Shown here: positions 13,846-30,364 of the stretch, in pieces
How positions within the stretch are numbered: the stretch's first letter is position 1
Layout of the letters: each line of letters begins with the position of its first letter
Program-made: the position numbers and the translations under genes
Source of the DNA: the human T2T-CHM13v2.0 reference genome, Homo sapiens
DNA: 64,000 nucleotides
Reading direction: 5' to 3' (one strand)
Assembly (NCBI RefSeq): GCF_009914755.1
Contig: NC_060929.1
Notes under the pieces: model-generated
Told to the model about the DNA's origin: nothing
Database searches by the model: none
Seen by the model: only the letters and a program-made list of their open reading frames with translations

Positions 13846-14126
13846 ATATAGAGTTTTGCTCTTGTTGCCCAGGCTGGAGCGCAATGGCACGATCTTAGCT
13901 CACTGCAACCTCCGCCTCCCGGGTTCAAGCGATTCTCCTGCCTCAGCCTCCTGAGTAGCTAGGATTACAGGCATGTGCCACCAAGCCCAGCTAATTTAGT
14001 ATTTTTAGTAGAGACAGGGTTTCTCCATGTTGGTCAGGCTGGTCTCGAACTCCCTACCTTAGGTGATCCGCCCGCCTCGGCCTTCCAAAGGGCTGGGATT
14101 ACCGGCATGAACCACCACACCTGGCC
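13808..14126 (-). mobile_element. AluSp/Sq
   Basis: Poly-T then gagttttgctcttgttgcccagg; 15-bp TSD ctggtcactgtttct at 13793 and 14128. Confidence 0.95.
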
Positions 14127-14127
14127 A

Positions 14128-14662
14128 CTGGTCACTGTTTCTATGTCACAAACCAACCTAAACTAAGTGGTAAAAAAAACATTTTATTATGCTCACAGAT
14201 GTGAGGGATCAGGAGTTCTGACAGGGTAGAGTGGGGCCAACTTCCTTCTTGAAGTCCTCTTCTGGGAGGACTTCAAGGCTCAGTGTGATTTAATAGCTGG
14301 AGGTAAAGTTATCGTGAGACGTCTTCACTCATATGTCTGGTGGTCTTGGCTGATTATTGCCGGAGATTGTTGGTCATAGCACCTTCCCATGTAGTCTCTC
14401 TACCTGGGCTTCCTCACAACATGGCTGCTGGGTTCTAAGGGCAAGTGTCCAGAGAGAACTTGACAGAAGTGCCCGGCATTTTTATGACTTAGCCTTGGGA
14501 GTCATACAAAGGCACTCCCGCTATGCTCCACTGATTGAGGCAATCACGAAGGTCCATCCAGGGTCCAGGGGAAGAGGACACAGACTCCACCTCTTGACAG
14601 AAGAGCCAGTGGTATGGGAGATATGACTGGGGCTCATCTTTGGAAAATACAATATGCCTTAC
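14128..14662 (-). mobile_element. MLT1G/H-like LTR
   Basis: ttattatgctcacagatgtgagggatcaggag...cttcactcatatgtctgg...catctttggaaaatacaat. Confidence 0.7.
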
Positions 14663-14787
14663 GACCACTTCACATTTCCAACCTCCTCTCCTCCATCCTT
14701 ACCAGGTGCTCAGAAACCCCAAAAGCTTCCCTACTTGATGTTGCAAGGCAATCCATTGCTCCCTTTGTCTCTCCTGGCCATGCCAGG

Positions 14788-15196
14788 TGATATGGTTTGG
14801 ATCTATGTCCCCACAAAATCTCACGTGGAATTGTAATCCCCAATGTTGGAGGTGGGGCCTAGTTGGAGGTGATTGTGTCATGGGGGTGGTTTCTAATGGC
14901 TTAGCACCATTCCCCGAGTGCTGTTCTCCTGATAGAGTTCCAACAAGATCTGTTTGTTTAAAAGCATATAGTCCCTCCCATCTCTCTTCCTCCTGCTCCT
15001 GCCATGTGAGACATCTCACTCCCCCTTTGCCTTCGCTATGATTGTAAGTTTCCTGAGGCCTCCCTCGGAGCCTCACAGATGCCAGAATCATGTTTCCTGT
15101 ACAGCCTACAGGACTGTGAAACAGTTAAACCTCTTTTTATTATAAATTACCCAACTCAGGTATTTCTTTGTAGCAATGCAAGAATGAACTAATATA
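14788..15196 (+). mobile_element. MSTA-like solo LTR
   Basis: tgatatggtttggatctatgtccccac ... gaactaatata; TSD ccagg/cctgg. Confidence 0.9.
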
Positions 15197-16618
15197 CCTG
15201 GGAAGCTATCCCTTTCATACCAGAGCATTTTCCCAAATAGTCAGCACTATTTAACAGCATGCAGGTGCTCAAATCTAGGTATTATTGAGAAATACCTAGC
15301 CAAAAGAGTATCTTCCCCAAGATCGATTATGTGTTACTCAGGTATAGAGAATTTGTTTCACCATGATTTATTGAAGCCATGTCTGCAAAGCTATATTAAT
15401 ACTTTACCCGTATTGCAGGAGAAGACAGAGGGGGGCAAAAATATTTAGAGTGAAGGGATAAATAAATGAATGAATCAAATATGGATCATCAGCCAAGACG
15501 TGGAAATAACCTTATTACTTGAAATTGAATGTTTTAATGTTATTCATTAAAGTAGATTTTGTCTGTATTTGTGACATATGTGTGCTTAAAATTCATGGAG
15601 AAAATGAGCATTTTAATTACAAAATGCTGAAATCATTAATAATTTAAAGATCATCATTCAGCCTCCCTTTCTAAGTAATCTAGTCTATGCTAAACCCTCA
15701 CAGACACATCAGACAAGTCAAGGACACAGTCAAAGGGCAGGTCCAAGGGGAAGGGCGAAGGGGTGGGGCCAATTTCTCCTTTACTCATGCACACAGAAGA
15801 ATTTAAGCCCAACCTACCAGAATGTATGTGGCTTAGGATGTTGCAGGGGAAGTAAAAGAACCAGAGATCACATAGATGGTGTGACCATCTGGGTGATCTC
15901 ACCCTCTCTGTTAAAGGCTACAGCCACCGTCCACCCCTTCTCTCACCCAGGAGCCTACACCAGGCAAGGCAGCCTCCCCTGGTTGCAAAGCAGCCTGCTT
16001 CCTTTTTCGCCTTGCTTCCTTCATCCGCTTGTGTGCACCCCCAGGAAGGCGTCTCTCCTCAAGTCCCATCCACTAAAGCAAACCCACCCATTAAGACCTC
16101 GTCAAATGCCACATCCTCCAAGAAGCAAGAGGGCCCCCAGCACCCAGCCCAGTCTTCATTTCACCTCCTCTGTGCACTCCCGTTCTCAGCACTGTCTCTG
16201 TGACTGTGCTTACCATGTGCTCTTGTCTCTAAAGAATAATGAAGGCCCAATATTCAGGATGCATTTACCATGTGGTCTCATGGCCAGCTCACACCTCCTC
16301 CACTCAGCCACCCTCAAGGCAGGGAGAGTATCCTCACTTTACAGAGCGAGCCGAGGCCAAAGGGTGAGTGACTTGCCCACCGTCCCACAAGCAATGTTGG
16401 AAATACAGATGAACGCTGATGCACCCACTCCGTCCAGGGGGCCACCAATCACATGTTCACCTGAGTACAGGATACTCTGGAAGGCTGAGCAAGGCCACAC
16501 TAAGGAGGATATGGTTCCCCCACTACCATCCTCCCCTGCGTTGGGGTTCACTTTCAGGGTCTGATGGTGAATTGTGAGTTACATCTGCCCCATCTGGGAG
16601 ATGTACAGGTTATACGCC

Positions 16619-17304
<686 letters not shown>

Positions 17305-17309
17305 ATGCC

Positions 17310-17960
17310 TTTAAATAACACAGTGTGTAATGAAATAGGGAACCACAGATACCTTCTGTTACTGCACAAAGATTTGCCAGTAAGGGCAAGGTACTTGTAA
17401 CAGTTGTCAAACATAAAGAGTTTAGTTACACTTTATTTGCACCCAAAACACAAGTTTTCTAAATTGGCTTGATTTTTTATTTTGAAGACAAGAAGTAAGT
17501 ATTCAGCTATCATACAAATATTTTTGAAAAATAAACACATTCCATCTGTCCCTTCAAAGTGAAAGTAACATTTTAATTAGTGCATGAAAGAGAGTAATGC
17601 TATGCAGAGTTTCTGAAAACAGATACCTGGGAATGTTTTCATTATTACATGACTTTGCTGCCCAAAACAAGATAATATGTAACTCTCATATCCGCACACT
17701 TAAAACTGAATTTTCTAATCCATTTAAAAGACTTCCAAATGCATTTTTGAGTGGATTTTGATTCCCTATGTTTAAAATTGCATAACTGGTGGATGGGATT
17801 TTTAAAATGAATTTCATGGTTTAGTAAGCACACTCATGTGGATCTACATATATCTCTGAGGTGTCACTCCCAGCTAAGACAGCTTTAAACCATGTTAAAA
17901 TGAGCTCATCTTAGAACCAAGCTTCAGATCACTATATCACTATATATAAAACAAGATTTT
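17310..17960 (+). mobile_element. hAT-Charlie DNA transposon, decayed transposase C-terminal region
   Basis: Frameshifted relics, in correct order, of Charlie motifs LLYHTEVRWLSRGKVL (~17355-17410), DIFEK..LNLSLQG (~17515-17560) and STYLCE..FS....K...L.LE..LR (~17840-17935). Confidence 0.65.
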
Positions 17961-18043
17961 TTAATAAAGCATATTTGATCATATTGCTATTATTAACATT
18001 TTTAATGTATTTTAGTAAGAAAAAAATGGTACCAAAAATTTCA

Positions 18044-18463
<420 letters not shown>

Positions 18464-19860
18464 TCATTTGTAGTTTCTATTTTTATATACTTTATGTATG
18501 TGTATTTTTGATGCCTTTTAGCCAAAGACCACCAGGAAAACTCACAGCGAGGGGTCTCAGCCACAACTACATAGGAGTTGTGGAGTGAATTCTAGTCAGA
18601 ATGATCACAGTGAGAAGAAGCACAATCCTGGCCTTGTGGCTACCATTTTAACACCAAAAAAGCACCATTCTAATGCTGGAAAACCCACCACTTCTGCAAT
18701 CTCTGCCTAACTCCTGCAAACTAGATAGTGAAGCCCCCTCTCCCAGGAAGCCCTCCTGGACTGATTGTCTACTCTGGGCAGAGTCTCCTCATCATCCCCT
18801 CTGCTCTGCTTCTCCCACTGTGTTTTAATGATCTGTAAACTCAAATGGCTTCTTGCTAAGGCCAAAGGCCTTAGACGCTAAGGGCTGTGTTTTATCCACC
18901 ACCACATTGCCAACCCCTATCTCACTGAATAGTCCATAGTGTTCTGTGAAGATTGTATGTTCTGTGAAGGCCTGGAGAAGTATATCCCTGGAATATCCCT
19001 GGAGTGGCACAGCCCTGGAGCCCACTCCTCCCCTGCACTCAAGGAAGGGCAGTGCAGCTCCCCCGACTCCGCTGTGCAGAAACGCAGGCCTGGTTGAATT
19101 GGATTCTGCAATCTAATGAGCTCCACTGGCAACCAGCACGCAGGCCTGGCACCAACTCTCGGCACCTGATTTTCTGTCACATAAAGTATATTTTAAGTAT
19201 ACAGCCTTTGTTTGTGTCCAGCTTCTTAGTGATAGGCCCACTGGGAACTGCTGCTTCCTGGCTTTCTGCAGCATGAGGGAGGCCAAGGCCCTGCCAGAAT
19301 TTTCCCTCCGGGGGCTTGCTTGCCTCTCTCCACCAACTTTCCTGTCTTCCTGTCCTGCGACAAGGGTCACCTTCCCCACCCCTAAATCCACACCCAATGG
19401 CTACATTTGGTTTGAGTGTTTTTAAATAAAACTTTCAAATCTCTATAGGACGAACTGACAATTTTCTTTGGAACCAAATCCATTATATATCATAAGCCCG
19501 GCCCTCGTAGTTCATAAACAATGGGCATTTTTCACCTTTACCAAATAATGATCAAACCTTCCCTCACTTTTGTATGTCATGATCAGTGATAGGATCTTTC
19601 AGCATCAGAGATGAGGCTGACAGTTGGTATTACTTTATTTCAGCCTTACTTGGAGCTCATCCCTTGGGCAGATTGCAATAAACCTCCTGGCACTGCAATA
19701 CAGCACAGCACCATTGTTCAGTCGACAACAATTCCATGGAGAGCATCCAAAGTACCAAGCCTGGTGCCAGCAGCTGGGCTGGAGAAGAGAGTGGGGCACA
19801 CAGTTCCCCAAGGCCAGCAACCCGGCAGTGAGCAAGCTGCAGCTGTGACTGCACAGCCTG

Positions 19861-19997
19861 GTGATGCTGGCTGCAAAGACTTGACACAGATGCGTGGAAA
19901 ATCAAAGAAGTCACTTGTGATACGAACCTCGTGATGCTGGCTGCAAAGACTCGACACAGATGCGTGGAAAATCAAAGAAGTCACCTGTGATACGAAC
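19861..19997. repeat. Tandem duplication, period 70 bp, 2 copies
   Basis: gtgatgctggctgcaaagactYgacacagatgcgtggaaaatcaaagaagtcacYtgtgatacgaac at 19861 and 19931, two mismatches. Confidence 0.97.
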
Positions 19998-20006
19998 AAA
20001 CCGCAC

Positions 20007-20770
<764 letters not shown>

Positions 20771-21084
20771 CCTACCACAAAGTAGAGGGTGGCAGCCATC
20801 CAGTTATCCAGTGAGTAATTGCTAGGCACCCTCTAGACATTGAGGAGACTTTTCTAATCATGAAGGGGTGCACAGGAGAAGGATAACGGACAAAGAAATG
20901 CCTAAGACAATGTCAAGGACGAATGCCACTCAGAGAATTGCCACAGCGAGGGCCCAGTGGCTCCTGTGGACTGGACGGTCAGGAACAGTGCCTCTGAGGA
21001 GGGACACTTAGGCTGAGAGATGAAAGAAGAGAAGGGGCCGTTCCTGGCAGAGGGAATGGATAAAACAAAAACCTTAAGGTTGCA

Positions 21085-21368
21085 GCTGGGCGTGGAGGCT
21101 CACACCTGTCATCCCAGCACTTTGGAAGGCTGAGGCAGGAGGCCCTCTTGAGGCGCTGGACGTGGAGGTTCACACCTGTCATCCCAGCACTTTGGAAGGC
21201 TGAGGCAGGAGGCCCTCTTGAGGCGCTGGACGTGGAGGTTCACACCTGTCATCCCAGCACTTTGGAAGGCTGAGGCAAGAGAATCTCTTGAGGCCAAAAA
21301 TTCGAGAACAGCCTGGGCACATAGCAAGACCCTGTCTCAACCAAAATTTAAAATCAAAACCCAAAAAA
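21085..21368 (+). mobile_element. Alu left monomer/FLAM with its 5' 70 bp triplicated
   Basis: Units start at 21085, 21155, 21225; only the third continues into attcgagaacagcctgggcacatagcaagaccctgtctc and an A-rich tail. Confidence 0.92.
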
Positions 21369-21534
21369 GCCTTGCAGTGGGAAACAGGTGGCATACTTGA
21401 GGAACGGGAAGCAAGGTTCTCCATCTGGAACAGAGGGGAGGAGATGCAATCAGAGATGGGTAGGACTCAAACGATGTGCTCCAGGGCGTTCAGATCCTAC
21501 AATCCCCACAGGCAGGGCATTTCCAGACACCACC

Positions 21535-21969
21535 TGTGTGAGTTTCCTGGGGCTGCCGTGAGAAATGACTCCAGACTGGGTGCCTTAAAACAATGGAAAT
21601 CTATTATCTCACAGATGAGGAGGCCAGACGTCTAAAACCCAGGTGTCTGCAGCGGGAGCTCTGAGAGAGGGCCTGTTGCATGCCTGTCTTCTGCTCCGTG
21701 GCCGCAGCCGTCCCTGGCACTCCTTGGCTTACAGACGCTCATTCCCACTCCAACTCCACGTGGCCTTCTCCTCCCCATGTCTCTCTTGGTCTGTGTCCAA
21801 ATTTCCCTCCTGTAAGGACCTCCATCATTGGATTAAGGCCCATCCTAATCCAGCATGGCCTCATCTCAACATGGCTGCATCTGCACAGGGCCCCCTGTGT
21901 TTCCACATTCAGAGAGCAGGGGTTAGGATTCCAACACACCTTTCCCAGGATACGGTTCAACGCACAACA
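21535..21969 (-). mobile_element. MLT1B/C-like LTR
   Basis: tgtgtgagtttcctggggctgccgtgag...cttaaaacaatggaaatctattatctcacag ... ttcaacgcacaaca. Confidence 0.8.
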
Positions 21970-23234
21970 CTACCCAAGGCCTGCTTTCTCCTCAGGGCCC
22001 CACTGGTACTAGCAGTGGATGGGGAAGGCTGAGTGCCCTCCCATATGGCCAAGGGAGGCCCAGATGCAGCCCACACACGGCACTGCCATGGCCCAGACAG
22101 CCCATGGAGGGGGGAGCCCCACCTACTACAGCTGGCCACTGATGGCCAGGCCTCCATGGTGCCAGGGAAGAAGATGACAAGGACTGACAATTCTTCCCCC
22201 ACCAACGCAGACACAGACAGCCAGGGTTGCTCAGCACTGCACGCCATGCAGCCCCAGACAAAGGGAAGAAGACCGCAAACCAACTGAATTCACACATCAG
22301 GCACCTAGCAGAGCAGGGCCCAGGCAGACAACAGAGCTGCAGGCCAATCGCGATGGCCCCTGGCCTGCACCCCTGTGTATGGTGGGGTTCTGCCCTCCTA
22401 GGGAATCTGCCGCAGCCACAGCCCTGCTGGGAGTCAGGTGTATCCGGCACAAGGGTGGGCCCTGTGTGAGACTCATCTCCTGGGACCAGAGTGACACAGG
22501 CTTAGTGGCACTACCTGGTGTGCCCTCCCCCACCCCAACTGGTCCTGTTCCCAGATCCCCCAGGCATGATGAAGGGGATTCAGTGGGGAGGGGAAGGACA
22601 GGGCTCTGTTATTCAGACCCACAAGACACTGGGGCAGGCACACCACAGCACGAAGGGAGTGCAGGGAGAGGGGCTTTCTCCCAGCTCCCGGCCTCAGGGA
22701 GCACAAAACCCTGGGCACCCCGAGGGCTCCAGCATTTCCGTGGAGCAGTAGAGGTTCCCGAGGCACCATGCCCGGGAATGGCAGTGCCTGAGAGGTGGTG
22801 GCGCTGGGGAAGCGAGGCTCACTTGGGGACCCTCCACGCAGTGCAGGAGGCCGCCAGCTCCAGGAGCTGCTGCAGAAGAAGGAGATAGACTATGGGGAAG
22901 AGGGTGGGACTGCTTCATGAGAACCAAGGAAAAGCCCCCAGACTCCCAGCAACAGAAGGACCTTCAAAGTCCCCCGGCATAGCAGGAGATAGGTGTCATC
23001 AGTGTGCAGGCAGCTCCGTTAGGACTTCACGGCACAGCCTGGGGAGCCCAGAATAAGCTCCCATTCCCACTGCTTAGCTGCACAATTGAGCTCATCCGTT
23101 TCAGGTCCAGCATGGAGCCAGTTTCCAAAATGCCACCTACATATTCTATGGTTCAATCAACATCATGGCAAACTAAACAGTAGGCAGCCACCTGGCTGTC
23201 ATTCTGCCCTGAAGGGTAAGATGACGAGGTCTGT

Positions 23235-23609
23235 TGTTATGAACTGAAGTTTGTGTCCCCCCAGAATTCACATGCTGAAGCTCTAACACCCAGTGTGGCT
23301 GTATTTGGAGAGGGGGCCTCTAAGGAAGTAATTAAATGAGGTCATCAGGGTGGGGTTCTGATCTGATAGGATTAGTTCTTATGAGAAGAGACACCACAGA
23401 GCCCACTCACTCTCTCTGCCTGCACCCAGGATATGTGAGGAGGCACACGGGTTGTCCACAAGCCAGGAAGAGAGCCCTCGCCAGGATTCGAAGCGGCTAG
23501 AACCTTGATCTCGGACTTCAGCCTCCAGAACTGCGAGAAAATAAATGTCTATGTCTTAAACCACCCAGTCTGTGGTATTTTGTTACAGCAACCTGAGAGG
23601 ACTAATACA
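23235..23609 (+). mobile_element. MLT1A-like solo LTR
   Basis: tgttatgaactgaagtttgtgtccccc ... ggactaataca; perfect TSD tctgt. Confidence 0.9.
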
Positions 23610-24049
23610 TCTGTCCATCCAATACCTCCCCAAGGCCAGTCCCTGGAGGGGCTCCAGAGTGGCAGCTTTAGCACTGTTGAGAAGAAGAAATGATATCCTC
23701 GGCCAACCGCACCCAGAATCTCAGGCAGTTATGGGGAGGGAGGCTCAAATGCAGATTCCCCTTGAGGCCAAGAGATCCTGATTCTGGGGTCTGGACGGGA
23801 GCTGGGTCTGTCCGTTGTTAGCCAGGCCTCACTGTCTGCCACCGTGACTCTGATGCAGAGGACTCCTCAGCACACTTCAGCCAATGGCTGGAGTGAGAAA
23901 AGGGAGCCCCAGCGGCGGTTGGTGAGGTGTGAGTGTTAGGTTCCTAACAGGATGAGGGATAGAAAGAGCTGAACTTCCAGAGAAAGAATCAGACCATGAG
24001 AAGACAAACCTCAAGAGCACTCTCACTTCCTGTGTTTCTCCTTCATGAA

Positions 24050-24200
24050 ATTAATCTTACACAAAGAAATGATAAATATTTGAGGTGATAGATACTATGA
24101 TTTGATCTTTACACATTGTATTCATGTCTCAAAATATCACATCTACCCCATAAATATATGCAAATATTATGCATCAATTTTTGAAATGAAAAAAATAATT
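24050..24200 (+). mobile_element. L1MA-like 3' tip
   Basis: acacaaagaaatgataaatatttgaggtgat...acacattgta...aaaatatcacatctacccc. Confidence 0.75.
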
Positions 24201-24326
24201 TTTAATGACAAAGTAATATATGATATAATATATGACATTAGTTTGGTTGAAGCATTGACATTCTGATAACATTAATATCTTTTCCTTTTTCCAAAGGAAA
24301 TGGCTATTAGAAATTGGGGCCAGGCA

Positions 24327-25036
<710 letters not shown>

Positions 25037-25049
25037 AGAAATCGGTGCA

Positions 25050-26150
<1,101 letters not shown>

Positions 26151-26159
26151 AGGCCTCTA

Positions 26160-26635
26160 CTTGGGGAAAATGGATCATGGCTCCTGCAGGTGTGTCTGTA
26201 TCCTAGTCTGGATCCTATAAATATTACCTTATCTAGAAAAAGGGTCTTTGCAGATGGGATTAAGTGAGTGATCTTGAGATAAGGAGATGACCCTGGATTA
26301 TCCAGGTGGCCCTAAATACCATCACCAGTGTCCTTATAAGGGAGGCAGAGGGAAGTCAGACTCACACAGAGGAAAAGGTCATGTGAAGACAGAGGCAGAG
26401 ACTGGAGTGCTGTGACCTCAAGCCGAGAGACTCCTGAAGCCCTGGGCATTCCAGAAGCTGAAAGAGGCCAGCAACAATGCTTCCTAGAGCCTCCAGAGCG
26501 GGCATGGCCTTGAGGACATCAAGATTACAGACTTCCTGCCTTCAGACTGAGATAATAAATGGATGTTGCTGGTTTTAAGCCACCAAGAAGCTCCAGTTTA
26601 TTGTACAATTTGTTGCAGTGGTGATATAGGACACT
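26160..26635 (+). mobile_element. MLT1D-like LTR
   Basis: accttatctagaaaaagggtctttgcagatgggattaag...ctggattatccaggtggccctaa. Confidence 0.8.
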
Positions 26636-26875
26636 AAAGTACTACTCAAGGTTTGGGGGGGTGGGGAAAGCCTATATTTTCTTCAAGTGGTTTTAAAGTT
26701 TTACTTCTGCATTCAAGTCTTTAATCCCTATGAAATTTATTTCTTTGGGAAATTAAATTCAAGCCTTTTTTTTTCCTGCAGATAACCAATGGTTCCCATA
26801 GTACTTATTGAATATCTGTGTTAGTCTAGGTCCTCTGAGAAGCAGGAGCCAGGATGAGATGAAATGAGCAGGGGT

Positions 26876-27191
26876 GGCTGGGCGCGGTAGCTCACACCTG
26901 TAATCCCAGCAATTTGGGAGGCCGAGGCGGGCGGATCACCTAAGGTCGGGAGTTTGAGACCAGCTGACCCTCATGGCGAAACCCCGTCTCTACTAAAAAA
27001 TACAAAAAAACTAGCCAGGCTTGGTGGCACACACCTGTAATCCCAGCTACTTGGGAGGCTGAGACAGGAGAATCACTTGAACCCAGGAGGCAGAGGTTGG
27101 GATGAGGAAGATCACGCCATTGCACTCCAGCCCGGGTAACAAGAGCGAAACTCCATCTTAAAAAAAAGGAAAAAAAATAAAAGGGAAAAAA
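26876..27191 (+). mobile_element. AluSp/Sq-like
   Basis: Full Alu with aacaagagcgaaactcc; TSD gaaatgagcagggg. Confidence 0.95.
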
Positions 27192-27206
27192 GAAATGAGC
27201 AGGGGG

Positions 27207-27772
27207 ACTACTGGGTATTACTGGATATCTACCCAGAGGAAAAGAAGTCATTATTCGAAAAAGATGCTTGCCCACGGATGTTTATAGCAGCACAATTCAC
27301 AATTGCAAAATCGTAGAACCAACCCAAATGCCCACCAATCAACAAATGGATAAAGAAACTGTGATATATATAGATATCATATATATCATATATGATGGAA
27401 TACTACACAGCCATAAAAAGGAATGAATTAACAGCATTTGTGGTGACCTGGATGAGATTGGAGACTATTATTCTAAGTGAAGTAACTCACGAATGGAAAA
27501 CCAAACATTGTATGTTCTCACTGATATGTGGGAGCTAAGCTGTGAGGACACAAAAGCATAAGAATGATACAGTGGACTTTGGGGACTTGGGGGGAAGAGT
27601 GGGATGGGGCCAAGGGATAAAAGGCAACAATAGGGTGCAGTGTATACTGCTTAGGAGATGGGTGCACCAAAATCTCACAAATCACCACTAAAGAACTTAC
27701 TTATGTAACCAAATACCACCTGTTCTCCAATAACTTATGGAAAAATAAGATTTAAAAATAAGAATTAAAAAA
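27207..27772 (+). mobile_element. 5'-truncated L1PB1-like
   Basis: atctacccagaggaaaagaagtcatta...gatgagattggagactattattctaagtgaag...caataacttatggaaaaata. Confidence 0.9.
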
Positions 27773-28499
27773 AAATGAGCAGGGGTTTATTAGGGGAATC
27801 ACCTTTGAGAGATCGGGGGTAAGAACGGAGGAGGCTGGTGGAGGACAGCTGGAAAGAGGATGGGAAGGAGGCATTCTAGATGCCCACAGTCTAAGGGGGA
27901 GCCCCTAGTCAAAGGCACCCATCAGAAGAGGCCTGCGTCTCCCAGGAAGAGCCGGTCCTAGCTCCCCTGCTCGCAGGCAGGAGCTGGTGCAATGGACTTC
28001 CCAGAGTGGGGCCTTGCTCATTACCCTGTGTAGCTGAAGCTCTGCAAGGTGCATTCCCGTGGCCACCAGCCCACTTTTTCCCACTGACTTGAGAGCCACC
28101 TCTGTCACCAAATCTGCTCATGCACAGTCAATCACTTCCTCACCCTCGCCAGTGTCCCACTGCTTTCGCCACTGCAGCTTAAGAGTCCGTCCAGGTCCTC
28201 GGGAAGAAAAGCACCCTGCCCTTCTCCTTCTCCTGGGACCCAGTAGCTTTGGCTTTTATTCTGTGTTTACTCGTTCGTATGAAATCTAGAATGGATTTAT
28301 CAACTTCCTGGAAAAATCTTGTAGAGATTTTGATTGGCAACTCATTGAATTTATAAGCTCGTTTGAGAAAATGTGACCTCCTTACCACATGGAACCTTCC
28401 CATTTTTTAACATAATTCATCTCTCCTTTTATTTAGGCTTTTTTTTATGTCCTACTATGACATTTTGCAGATTTCTCCATCTAGGTTTCACATTTTTTT

Positions 28500-29385
28500 A
28501 AAAAGACTTTTTTCTTAAGAGCAGTTTTAGGTTCAAATCAAAATTGGGAGGAAGGTACGCAGACTTCCCTTATCCCCTCTGTCCCCACACACACGCACAG
28601 CCCCTCAGACACAGCTGGCATCCACACCAGAGCATATGTTTCTTACACTCCATCCACCCACACTGATATGTCAGTATCACCCAAAATCCATGGTTTAAAT
28701 TAGGGTTCCTCCTTGGTGCTCTTCATTCTATGTGTTTGAACACACGTATAATGACATGTATCCACCATTACAATAACACACAGAGAATTTTCACTGCCCT
28801 AAAAATTTTCTGTCTTCCACCTATCCATCCATCCCCCCAACCCTAGGCAACCACTGGTCTTTCTACTGTCCCCATAGTTTTGCCTTTTCCAGAATGTCAT
28901 ATATTTGGGAGCAGATATATGTAGCATTTTCAGGTTAGTTTATTTCACTCAGCAGCATGCATTTAAGTTCTTCCATGTCTTTTTATGACTTGATAGCTCA
29001 TTTTTTAACACTGAATAGTATTCCACTGTCTGGATGTACCACAGTTTGTTTATCCATTCACCTACTGCAGGACCTCTTGGTTGCTTCCAGGTTAGGGTAA
29101 TTATGAATAAAGCTGCTATAAACATCCATATGCAGGTTTTGTGTGGACAGAAGTTTTCAACTCATTTGAGTAAATACCAAGGAAAGTGACTGCTGGATCC
29201 TATGGTAAGAGTATGTTTTCTTTTATAGGAAACTGCCAAACTGTCCTCCAAAGTGGCCACACCATTCTGCATTTCCACCAGCAATGAATGAGAGCTCCTG
29301 CTGCTCTACGTTCTCACCAGGATTCAGTGTTGTCGGCATCCTGGATCTGGGCCATTCTAATAGCTATGTAGTGACATCTCATGGT
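28500..29385 (-). mobile_element. L1MC1/L1MB-like 3' region
   Basis: gagcagttttaggttc...ttttgccttttccagaatgtcatat...ttatgaataaagctgctataaacatcc...caccagcaatgaatgagag. Confidence 0.85.
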
Positions 29386-29918
29386 CATTTGGTTTTAACA
29401 CTTTTTTGTTAGATTTTGCATCTGGGCTGTGTTCACTTGTGAGTTAGAGGAAATCTAAACACCAATGGCTGTAACCAGTAAGGTCCCCTACCTCTTTGTC
29501 TCTCCCTCCCAACCTCACCCTTCACCAAGAAGCCCAAGGTAAGGCAGCCCAGGCCAGTGATTTGCTCCAGGAGATCATCAAGGAACTGAGCATCTTCTGT
29601 CTTTTCCTCCACCATCTTCAGCAGAAAGTGGTCACAATGTGATCCCAAGAAGCCTGCTGTACCTCCTGGTATCTTGTCTGTATTCCAGGCAGGAAGAAGG
29701 TGGAAGAGCCAACAGCAGCTTCTTACCAAGTGCTGTCTTCTTATCTGATGAGGAGCCCCCTCCTGCAGGAATTCTACTTACATATCATTGAGCAGACCAT
29801 CACACGGCTAACACCACCTGCAAAGATGCTGAGAGATCCTTTATCTTTGGTGAATATATTGACAAGCCAAGCAAAGCTTAAGGGTATTTTTTAGTAAAAA
29901 AAAAAAAAAAAAAGTTAA

Positions 29919-30227
29919 GGCCGGGTGCAGTGGCTCAAGCCTGTAATCCCAGCACTTTGGGAGGCCGAGGTGGGCAGATCACGAGGTCAGGAGATCGAGA
30001 CCACCCTGGCTGACACAGTGAAACTCCATCTCTACTAAAAATACAAAAAAAAAAAATTAGCCGGGCGTGGTGGCAGGCGCCTGTAGTCCCAGCTACTCAG
30101 GAAGCTGAGGCAGGAGAACGGCGTGAACCCAGGAGACAGAGCTTGCAGTGAGCCAAGATCGCGCCACTGCACTCCAGCCTGGGCGACAGAGCAAGATTCC
30201 ATCTCAAAAAAAAAAAAAAAAAAAAAA
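29919..30227 (+). mobile_element. AluY
   Basis: AluY-type gatcgagacc, ggcgtgaaccc, gagcttgcagtg; TSD aaaaagttaa. Confidence 0.95.
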
Positions 30228-30300
30228 GTTAAAAAAAAAAGAGGATGGCTAGGCCTTTGGCATAGTTGCCAAAGGTGTAGTCTCCAATACCCAAAAGATT

Positions 30301-30362
30301 TTGTTAGTATTATGTATTGTGTTAGTATTATGTATTGTTAGTATTATGCATTTGTTAGTATT
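30301..30362. repeat. Short tandem repeat, ~17-bp unit (ttgttagtattatgta), ~3.5 copies
   Basis: Directly visible repeat units. Confidence 0.8.
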
Positions 30363-30364
30363 AA

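Larger units (their letters stand above)
26817..28115 (-). mobile_element. LTR16-like ERVL LTR interrupted by Alu and L1PB
   Basis: tgtgttagtctaggtcctctgagaagcag joins across the insertions to tttattaggggaa... Confidence 0.65.

Noticed and set aside
15881-16564. 227-aa plus ORF
   Set aside because: GTG start, no recognisable domain, and partly L2/MIR-like sequence.
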